From Chrysomallon squamiferum (taxonomy: Eukaryota; Animalia; Mollusca): DNA of 64,000 nt. The stretch is taken from assembly GCA_012295275.1 (NCBI GenBank), contig CM022671.1, positions 16,368,001 through 16,432,000 of the forward strand. Reading direction: 5' to 3'. A program made the translations under genes and the position numbers. Below the pieces are notes generated by a model. The model did no database searches. It worked only from the letters and a program-made list of their open reading frames with translations, and was not told where the DNA came from. Position 1 is the stretch's first letter; every line of letters begins with the position of its first letter. Below are positions 53,681-64,000 of the stretch, one piece after another.

Positions 53681-54254
53681 TCATGACAACACCATCCTAA
53701 TTTGCGATAAAACATCGAGCTATGACGTACTTAATTACAGTGTACACAATTAACAGTTATGAAATGCACACCACATTAAACCAATATTCACCTCACAGGT
53801 CTGTGCCAGCTGTAATGAACAAAGCTGATTATGTTGATTGTGTCAATAGTTTCCCTCTCGTGACCAAAACGTGCATGCTTGTCTCTAACCGCGGACACAA
53901 ACACGAGTGTCCTAAATGTAATTGATAAGGAAATTTTCAAACATTCGGATGCAGTGCATGTAATTAAATCAGTCCCCTAATTTATTTCCTAGGTTGGCTC
54001 AGAAAACAGTTATCATTATTTGATCCTGAAACATGGAGTTCGGGGTCAGACCGGGACGAAGAGATAGTGCGGCCTTATTCTGACCTTATGTAAATTTACT
54101 CATCAAAGGTTTCGGTCTCGCTTCATCAATATGTGCCTTTTGTTTAATTAGCAGTTTGCTCGCGCAACAAACGTGCTTGAAACAGAAAGAAAAAAAAAAA
54201 CGAAAGAAAAAAGATGAAAAAAAAAGAGAGAGAGCGTTTAACTGTAGACTTTTT

Positions 54255-54350
54255 TTATTGGCCGCTTTGCTTTGTGACGCCCACCTAGAGGTAACTGGCC
54301 AATCACGTCCCTGATTTGTCAGCGTAGTGATAATGTTTGCTTATAAGCTT
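54255..54350 (+). promoter_or_regulatory. Candidate core promoter of the chitin-binding protein gene
   Basis: ATTGG (reverse CCAAT, 54257-54261), GTGACGCCCACC, GGCCAATCA (CCAAT at 54299-54303) and TTATAA (54341-54346), ~370 bp upstream of the ATG. Confidence 0.45.
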
Positions 54351-54715
54351 TTTATCGACATTTAATGTTTTGATTTTTTGCTGCAGAAACATTTAAAAGC
54401 ATAGACCGAGCGACGGTCATCATTGTGAAATATTTTAGCTGGCTGATGTTTCATTTTATCTGGACTTCACCCCAGAATCGTGTGCAATAAGTTTTCAGAG
54501 AGAGATATTCTGGAACGAACAGTCTGGAGTTTCATTTTATATGAAATTATAACACGGCAACAATTTGACATCACATTGCAGAACTTTGCTTCGATTTGGT
54601 TACAAACTCTAGGACACTTGTAACAGTTCTGTTCTTTGTTCGTCATTCTGATATTTTGAGGGTTTTGAAACTGTTTTGTTCTTGTTACGTGTGTGAAACT
54701 TGATCCTGAAGAACG

Positions 54716-55682
54716 ATGATCCCAGAAATACTACTGGTCATCTTGACATCGCTCGCATCCGCAATGAAAGCTCTTCCATGCGGAGGAATACAGAATGTGT
54801 ACGTCTGTCATCCGACCGACCCCACTTTTTTTCAGATATGCATCGGGGACACGCTGTACACGATGAAATGTCCAGGAGGACTACACTTTAACAGACGAAC
54901 CCAAACCTGTGACTGGCCGAGAAATGCCGACTGCAGAAAGCGATATACAACGACTGCGTACCCAGTAAGGCAGACAAGAAGGCCGACGTTTTCGCCAGCA
55001 GTACCACCACGACGTCAACCCACCCGCAACCAAGACAGGCTGAGGTATCAAGAGTTTAATTATAACAACCAGAAAGACACAGTAAGGGTCCACAGGCTTC
55101 AAAACGACAACCAGCAAGCTAATAGGAATCGTAATCAGAAAATAGACTACAGAAACCCTTATTTGGGCAAAAACCCTTACAGAAAACGATTCCGATTCAA
55201 GCAAAGGCATTTTAACCCTTTTAATTCAGTGGCTGTGGCAGGTGGTCCCAAGGATCTGAAACCCAGAGAGAGAAACGTAGTAGAGGACAAGTACAACAAA
55301 GCTTCACAGGTTGACGATGGTAACAAGGTTTACCCAACAGACAACAACACCAACGTTGTTCACGACGACAAGTGGTCCCTGTCTCACAGTTACCCGTGGT
55401 GGGCAGCTAAAACCTCCACTCCCGCTGAACTGTTGCAGTCGAACTCTCAGAAAGTCATCTCCACGACTCCCAGAAGTCGTTTGTCGAGATTCAACACAAG
55501 AGGCAGAAAAACCATGAACAGAGCTGCAGCTGCTGGGCCCATGAATCGTCTGTCGTCCAGTCTCAAACCTCTACCTCGTCAGCAGCAGAAACCTACCCAC
55601 CCGCTGAACGCAGTAAAACTGAACGATGAAGATTCTCATCAAAGGCGAGTGAAAGCCATGCACAAGGCAGTTCGTAAAGCAG
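54716..55682 (+). CDS. Secreted chitin-binding type-2 (CBM14/peritrophin-A) domain protein, first coding exon
   Basis: Long non-repetitive ORF, GC-richer than its flanks. Hydrophobic signal peptide (MIPEILLVILTSLASA); six-Cys domain at aa 22-73 with the typical CPGGLHFN...CDWP...C motif; consensus donor GCAG|gtaagt after 55682 (phase 1). The unspliced ORF would end at 55768. Confidence 0.88.
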
Positions 55683-56398
55683 GTAAGTCTTCTGTTTATT
55701 CATACGTGGATTTCGTTCAAACACCCGCTCGCTCGCTTGCTTGGAGAGATAGTTTGTTTTTGCGTTAATAAGTTAGTTTCCTCTTCTTACTGTGCAACAG
55801 CAGTAAATTATGATTTTCTTCTTCTTCTTCTGATAGCATACACATTACAACGTGATTTCAGTAAGTCTGTCTGATTGAAGTATTAAATATTCATTTCAAG
55901 AAAATAGTATTTTCAAAAATTACAATACCTTATCTACTGTTATCATTAAAAAAAATAATAATAAAAAAAAAATTTAAATTTTTTTTACTATAGCATAATT
56001 ATATAACATGTAATAAAACTATAATTTAAACCGTAATTAAAATAAAATATTAACATCGTCAATTATATCGCCAAAAGCCCCTACCCAGCAAAAATATCAA
56101 TAGGTAGATTTAATTTTTTTGAATACTCTAATTTAAGTCTGTCAAGGTATTTTTACTTAAAATGATAATAAGTGAATGACTTTGATCTTAGATGTAAATT
56201 AAGCTATGGAAATTTATGAAAGTACAACATTCAAATAAATGGAGAAAAAGAAAACAAAAACCACAACAAACAAACAAAGCAACAAACAAAAGAAACAAAA
56301 AATAAAGACAGAACAAAACGACAAACAAAAAACATCGTATAAATAACATCGGTATCTATTACACTTATTATTATGCATTATGTTGTTGTTGTTTTCAG

Positions 56399-56409
56399 TT
56401 CAAGCATGA
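56399..56409 (+). CDS. Possible terminal coding exon of the chitin-binding protein (...KAVRKA-VQA-stop)
   Basis: gttgttgttgttttcag|TT CAA GCA TGA fits the phase-1 donor; AATAAA at 56480. Other acceptors (e.g. aatttcag at ~60608) are also phase-compatible. Confidence 0.3.
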
Positions 56410-56568
56410 TATCAAATTAATTTATCGCCTGAGAAAACTGGACTGTTTTTATTTATTTATTTTAAAAAATATACTTTCCAATAAAACAGGCATGGATACT
56501 GTTCTTTGACAATAAGAATGTACAACTGCATTTATTATTATTATTGTTGTTGTTATTGTTATTATTAC

Positions 56569-56621
<53 letters not shown>

Positions 56622-57758
56622 GGAATTCATTGACCTGTTATGTCTCCAATAGTGTCTTTAAGACTCAACCAAGGAGTTCTGAATAACAGAAAATAAAGTA
56701 AAGTTTAGACAAGCAAAGACAAATAGTTTAGAAATTTTTATTTTCCTTTTAACTTTTGAAATATATTCCCACGTCTTCTTTCTCGTGTCACACTATATTT
56801 CATTCATATTCTGTGCATAACACTAACTGTAAAGAAAGCTTAGAAACTAATGTATAATAATCATTGACAACACACAGTATGTAGTCACATTTTATGTGCA
56901 AACGACTGGCTCATCAAATCGGGCGTTTTAATCTAATATAAAGTAACGTTGGTGAAGTAATGTATTAAACTCCGGTATCAAATAATGTAAACCAGGTATT
57001 GTGAAACATTTTTAAATGTTCAGGAGAAATAATATTAAAGATTCCGTAAAAAAAAAAAAACAACAAAAAAAACAATACGATAATAATAATAAAAATAACA
57101 ATGATGTTGACAGTTTCGGCTAAACTTGTACAAACTTACCCTTATTTCAAGTTTTGAGTCAAAAACTCTATGGATTGAATTAGTATAACTGAATTCGTGT
57201 ACAGAGTGATGAAACACGGCTAAGTTTCAGTGTAAAGAAGACATGCGACAGATCTCGGTTACTGTTAAACAGAAACTTTCTGTTTTCAAGGTAAAACACA
57301 AACAGGCCACACATTAGGCTGGACAAAGCAAACCAAACATTTCAAAATGTAAATTTATTAATATGAATAACGCTAAACTGAAATTTTAGAGTAAATTTCT
57401 TATTTAACATCAACATCTTATTTATCAGCTACAGCAACAACAACAATGCTGATAATGATGATGATTATAATGATGACAATATTTTTTAATAAAATAAAAA
57501 AATAAAGAGATGATGTGATTACGATGATGATAATAATAACATTTTTAAATAAAATTAAAAAAATGAAATTATGGAAATAGCTGTACACTACATTATTGGT
57601 ATACTGACACTATTGGTCCTGACACAAGAATAATCATGCAGGCTTTCTTACAGTTAGATGATCTGTAGCCTGTTAATGTCAGCCACCTCGGTTCATAGTT
57701 CATCAGTATTAATAAGACTGTTCATGGAATGACTGAATAATATCTCAGCTTCTAGCTG

Positions 57759-58609
57759 TGAATCGTGATCCTCGAAGGATATTTTTACTGGGTTCGAAGA
57801 AAGAATCTTTTAAAAGTATCTTTCCATAGCCAGAAAAAGATATAGCATTAAAATTGTGATGCATTATTCAAGCAGAACACATGCACACACACGCACACAC
57901 ACACACACACACATATATTAAGCACTTTTTGTAATCTAGTTCACACTGATGAAACGTTTTTTTTTTAAGATATTGGTGTAATAGAATAAAATAACAGTAA
58001 ATAAATAAAATAAAATAAAATAAAATAAACTGTAAAAATAATATTAATAAAAAGAATTTCATTATTATTTAAAAAAAATTTCTTATATATAATAATCACA
58101 ATTTTTTTTTTTTTTTTTTATAATTTCAGTGATTAAATACCTATATTTTTTTGAAACAGTTTTACTTAAAAATGGCTATTTATTCCTTCAGGACCATTTT
58201 AACTAAATATTATATTGTGAAATACGTTTGTAGACAACGTAATGTTTTATAACGTATTTTTCTCATGAATCGTGATCCTCGAAGGATATTTTTACTGGGT
58301 TCGAAGAAAGAATCTTTTAAAAGTATCTTTCCATAGCCAGAAAAAGATATAGCATTAAAATTGTGATGCATTATTCAAGCAGAACACATGCACACACACG
58401 CACACACACACACACACACACATATATTAAGCACTTTTTGTAATCTAGTTCACACTGATGAAACGTTTTTTTTTTAAGATATTGGTGTAATAGAATAAAA
58501 TAACAGTAAATAAATAAAATAAAATAAAATAAAATAAACTGTAAAAATAATATTAATAAAAAGAATTTCATTATTATTTAAAAAAAATTTCTTATATATA
58601 ATAATCACA

Positions 58610-58652
<43 letters not shown>

Positions 58653-58795
58653 CAGTGATTAAATACCTATATTTTTTTGAAACAGTTTTACTTAAAAATG
58701 GCTATTTATTCCTTCAGGACCATTTTAACTAAATATTATATTGTGAAATACGTTTGTAGACAACGTAATGTTTTATAACGTATTTTTCTCATGAA
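57759..58795. repeat. Near-identical tandem duplication (57759-58265 and 58266-58791)
   Basis: The copies differ mainly in homopolymer and microsatellite length; TGAA occurs at 57759, 58266 and 58792. Confidence 0.97.
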
Positions 58796-59267
58796 GCAGA
58801 CGCCGTTAAAAACGTGCATAGTTAGGTCCACCTAAAAGTTTCTACGGAGTGTCAGAGATGTTTGTACAGCAGTGCTAGCGTCAATACGTTAATTACGTGG
58901 TAGATGACGTAACGCTATTTCTGCCTTCCTAATTAGCATGGATGTACAGTGGCACTGGGATGCGAACCTCTTACCTAATTTAATGGTTAAAGTTTAATCA
59001 CAGATAAAGCTTGTCTTAAGTCAAATAATTAATAACGTCGAAATAGAGTAAGGAAGGTCTTCCATTTCAAGCACTAAGAAATATGAATTACCATTTCAGT
59101 AGCCATTTATTATTATTATTATTATTATTGTTGTTGTTGTTGTTGTTGCTCTTTTTGTTGTTGTTGTTATTATTGTTGTTGTGATTATTTTTGTTGTTGC
59201 TGTTGTTGTTATCGTCATCTTTATTATTATATTAATAGCGAATTATTTAATATTAAATTTACAGCTT

Positions 59268-59269
59268 TT

Positions 59270-59361
<92 letters not shown>
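59268..59361. repeat. (TAT)n microsatellite
   Basis: Direct run with one interruption. Confidence 0.95.
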
Positions 59362-61352
59362 TTAATTTTAAAAAGGCATAAAACATTTATTTGACCAACT
59401 AACCGTTGATATTAAAAGAACTGCTGGAGAAAAAAAAGAAAAAAAAAGGTTTTTGTGAAAAGAATTAAAGTTTAATTCTGAAAGCAAACAATCTGAATTA
59501 ACTTGGCAGCGCCCATAGTTGCGTGTTGACAGAACGCTGTTTGCTTACTTAGCTGACAACAGAACATCTACGTACATTGGCAATGACCATCAAGACAAGC
59601 AAGATTTACAGTCTTGTTTTCTTTTATTTGTATAAGACAAATCAGCCAAACCCGTTTTATTACGACAGAAAAAACGTGAGAGTTTAATTCAGTACAAATC
59701 TCGTAGATCTAGGATTGCGACTCGACGCCGTCTCCCAAATTAAATTTTCTCACAGTAACCACTGGCGAGTGTCTTAGATCATCCTTCTGAAATCATGACT
59801 ATGTCGTCAGTTAATGTGTTGTATTTATTGTTTAATTCAAAAGTGTTATTAGTTTAATTTTACTATACGAATTACAAGATAATGACCAGCAGACATTATC
59901 ACCAAACTTTTTCTAAAACTACATTTAAAATACACGAGTGAAAAGTAATGAAAAGTGACTTATATACCTGCACGTGCATCATTATTCTACTCTCAGCGTG
60001 TTTGTGTGTTTGACGACAGAGAACGTGAGTCGCACAGTAATCATATTTTGTGATATTTTGGTGAAAATTACATTTTAACAGTTATTTTAAATGGTAAAAT
60101 TTAAAACAAAATGCAGTATAATAATAATAATAATAATAATAAAACATTGCTAGTACCACTACTACTAGTAATAATGATGAATGTTAACGATAATGCTAAT
60201 GATGCTGATGTTACTGATGACGATAATGAAAGTTATTATTAAGATAATGTTAATCATGATGATAATGAGTGGGAGGTAAGAAAGGAGAATAAATACATAA
60301 ATAAATAATGATAAGGCATTCAGACTGAAAACTGATGAACTAAAGTTATCAGGTGTCAGATGTAACTATGACGTTTTATGATGTTCTAACGAGGAAGATG
60401 ACAGAGGGAAAACTCGAAGCCTTCACTCTGTGTTACCCTAATCGATTAAGTATGTTTCATAAATACACCTTCCCAATGACAGGTATTTCACTTACACAAC
60501 CTTTGTCTGACATATTGGCTGAAACGACAAACAGCGCTGGTACGTTTGTTTTGTACGTATACATTTGTTCTGAAAGAAAAAAACAACAACCCACACCAAT
60601 AATTTCAGACTCGGCATCCAAAGAATGCGCCTCGGATGCTAAGATCAACCGATCTGCTTGCTCTTTATGAAAATCGTTAGACCTCAAGCGAAGGCCGGAA
60701 TGTCTGAAAAACACATCGTCGAATTGCGCAAGTGCCCGGGTATGGAAGCCTGTGTTTGTAAAACTATATATAGCCAAAAAGTTAATCGAACAGCCATCGA
60801 ATAACTGTCCACTCCTAGCAGCAAACAGCTTGTTTGGCCGCCGTCACCGAACACGATTAAACATCCCCGCCTCCATCCGCTTGTGCTGACAAGGACCTTT
60901 CGGTAGCAGATCGAATGCCATGTGCATTGTGGAAATACCACGTGCTCTCGTAGTCTGCTTAAGGCGACTGTGTAATCGCTTTAAGTAAATTTACACACTT
61001 GACACACGTAGAAGCAATTGTTTCCAGCCTCGGTGTTTGATCTGAGAGAGTTCGAGCAAACAGCTGCAGTATTCTACAGGTCAGGGTTAACTAACTGTAT
61101 TGATCTCACACAGCTCTGTCGACTCTCAGTTGTATCATTACAAGAACTGCTCTAGGTCGCTTTGGTAAAGAAATACAATGCGTAACGCCAGTGTGTAACC
61201 AGGTGTCAAAAAAATAAATATATTTTTAAGATTTTGTTATTTTGATACAAAATAAATGAATATAAAAAAAAGCTTCATTGTGAGAAGGTTTCTGCCTGAA
61301 AACTCATTTTTTTTTTTTTTTTTTTTTTTTTTTTCCCGTGCCTGAAAACTAA

Positions 61353-61383
<31 letters not shown>

Positions 61384-62198
61384 ATAAGTATTATTATATT
61401 TTCAAATTTATTTTAAACACAATATTTAGTATTCAGAGACGAGCCTATCACTGTAAAGAAAATATTTTTTTAAAGAAAACGTTTTAAACTGCAATGAAAA
61501 CTTCTAATAATTTTTATTTTTTTAACCAGTATTCTTCTTAAAAGAGAAAGAGCTTAAACGTTTCTGTTCAAATTCTGCAACGAGAGGTTAAAACTAAATG
61601 GTCCCACCCACAGACAAGTCGATAGTTACAAGATAATTTAAGAATCAATTTGAATTTTTTTTGTTTTGCTAATATTAACAACATCAGCAATAGACAGTTT
61701 TATTTCTGTAACAAGTCTAAACAATTATGATTAATCTCTCTGATCCTTGCCAAGTAACAAGCCAATAATCTGAGACTATGGGATTATCATTCTCTTATCA
61801 TTATTTGACTTTTGTCAGGCATCTTTGCGTTTCTGCTCTTTCAGCATTCCATGATTAATTTAAATAAATTCTAGCCAAGAAAAAAAAAAGTGGACGATGA
61901 GATGAAGTGAGGATTATAATTCTGAAAGTATGACGTTGACAAAACACCTGATTTCAGTTTTGCTTGGCAGACTTCAGTAGGGAGTTTTCACGTAATACCG
62001 CGGTTGTAATACGCAGAAATCTGGCACTTGTTTGTCAAATGTTAGCTCGCGGATTTGACAGGATTTATCACATTATTGATACAAAAACAGGGATGAAAAG
62101 AATGCGAATTTTCATTTCTGTACGGAATGTCTTCAGAATGCAACGCAAGGGCGTCATTTGTTTACTGGTTGAGTTTAACATCAGAGAGGCGTTTTCAG

Positions 62199-62222
62199 TA
62201 ATAATAATAATAATAATAATAA

Positions 62223-62253
<31 letters not shown>

Positions 62254-62305
62254 AAGAAGAAGAAGAAGAAGAAGAAGAAGAACAACAACAACAACAACAA
62301 CAATA
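62199..62305. repeat. Compound (AAT)n(AAG)n(AAC)n microsatellite
   Basis: Three in-phase triplet runs; source of the poly-I/R/T ORF. Confidence 0.95.
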
Positions 62306-64000
62306 ACATGTTTTATCAATCCAAAAATGTTTACGATTTTAACTATGTGATATTAACACTCATGAACAGTAGGACAATATTTACATCGTTCCATTCTCAT
62401 AGACGTCAATTTCCTGTTTCATTGCCAAATGACGCACATTGGGATGGAAAAAAAGTATTTATTTATTATTTTTTTTATTATTTTTTTTATTTAAAATTCA
62501 CTATAGAAATTTCAATGCATTGTTTGCGGTGAACAAACCCAGCTAAGACAATGATATTTTAGAAGGATTTACCCAAAACTACAAACTTTTAGAATGTTTA
62601 TTTAGAATTCATTTTTATGACGCACTCTATTTATTTATTTATTTGTTGTGTTCCTTCTGATATTTAGGAAAATTTGAGATATGCTTGTATTTCATGTCAT
62701 ATAACTACAACATCAGTAAACTTAGTTTATATTTATTTCTTATCTCTTTTAAAACTTTATTTACTTACGTATTTCTGGAAATATTTCTGTGCCTTTCGTT
62801 TAGTCTTCAGACATTTTTATTGTTTTCTGCAGCTGAATAAAAACTATAACATTAATTTGATTATTTGGATTTAACACCTGTCACATTCAGATTCTATAAA
62901 CTTTTAATTATTAAAATTTTATATTTTGATTTCTGATTGAAATTCTTATCCTAAAAATATATGTATATTGTTTTTATAATCATCATCATTATTATCTTCT
63001 GCTTTTTTTCTTCATAATTTATATTGTTTTAATTATTGTTTTAATTTTTACTGTTGTAATATATTAAAATTACTGTTGTCATTATAGTTATTTTCAGTGT
63101 CGATTTCTTTCTTTTTTCTTAATGTTAATAATAAATAAATTTTATAAACAATAATAATAACATTGTAATACGTCATTATTGTTATTATTACATTCTTCCC
63201 GTTCTTTTTATTCAATTTGTTGTTATTATTATTTTCAGGTAAGAATCATGATGATTTTCTTTATTATTCCAAGTTGTCAAAGAAAGCAGGTATGTTTGTT
63301 CTAATTATACTCTGGAAAATTATGCCGAAATATTAAACCAGTAACAAATTTTTACTTTTTCATTCCAAGATGCTAACTGATTTTTAAATACGTTTGAAGT
63401 AGAGATGTGTAGCTATTTAACATAATATATCAAATTATGATTTTGAAATTTTCACTTTGTAAATTATTTTAACTTCTTATTTTTTAAAATTAAAATGTCT
63501 CTTAAAACATAGATCCTCTTTTATTTTTAAACGTATTTTATTGGATATTTTTATTTAAAAAAAAAAAAAATCAGAACAAAAAAAAAGAACATTTATCACA
63601 CCATCTTTAATTATATTTCAGTATTTTCTTGGGTAATACCACAGACAAAGTTGTGGTATGACCTGTTTGAAACCAGTTAAAGGTTTATATTATCTATACT
63701 GTTAATTTTCAATTAACGCAATGCTCAGTAAAAAGTAAATTAAACTATACGGTGATGGAATTAACAATATATGTAAGTTAAGTTTTGTTTTACAGCAGCC
63801 TGGAGTTTGAAAACATTCACGCAAGTATTCTGTGTGATAAATTATCACACAGATATTTATTTTAAAACAGAATATCTTATATTGCAAAAACAACGTAAAT
63901 ATGTTGTATATCACAGTTTGGTTGTGTTGTTTTTAAAGCTTAAAGTGCAAAGTATTATCACAATTTCTGCTTGTTTTTATTTGTATCTGTGAATTTAAAA

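Noticed and set aside
54881-55210. 109-aa antisense ORF and alternative-frame ORFs overlapping the chitin-binding CDS
   Set aside because: Shadow ORFs of a real coding exon.
60325-60360. CTGATGA hammerhead or box C/D-like core
   Set aside because: No correctly placed GAAA with stems I-III, and no terminal C/D stem; the same applies to the other CTGATGA hits I checked.
61964-62350. 128-aa ORF with poly-I/R/T
   Set aside because: Extended by the compound triplet microsatellite, with a TTG start and no domain.

Overview
AT-rich animal genomic DNA, very rich in microsatellites and almost entirely non-coding. It is not prokaryotic; a mollusc-like invertebrate is my guess, from the repeat style, the patchy CpG depletion and the one clear gene. 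That gene is on the + strand: a secreted protein (ATG 54716, splice donor after 55682) with a signal peptide, one atypical chitin-binding type-2 (CBM14/peritrophin-A) domain and a long basic low-complexity tail, preceded by CCAAT and TATA-like motifs. The left two-thirds carries several well-formed minus-strand splice units (6837-6890, donor at 11912, donor at 17583, 23568-23622, a ratchet-point-like site at 28938, possibly 33017-33181). These suggest the long, mostly non-coding 5' part of a gene or lncRNA running leftwards out of the window. Repeats include a ~40-unit 24-bp minisatellite (51967-52930), a near-perfect ~0.5-kb tandem duplication (57759-58795), two copies of a Tigger/pogo-type MITE, a fold-back element, a dispersed AATGGCAC-motif element and several diverged local tandem repeats. 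I found no CRISPR array, rRNA or tRNA, and I cannot demonstrate a new biological system. The best leads are the odd CBM14 protein, the minisatellite next to it, and the possible recursively spliced minus-strand transcript. All analysis was by eye; repeat boundaries are approximate.
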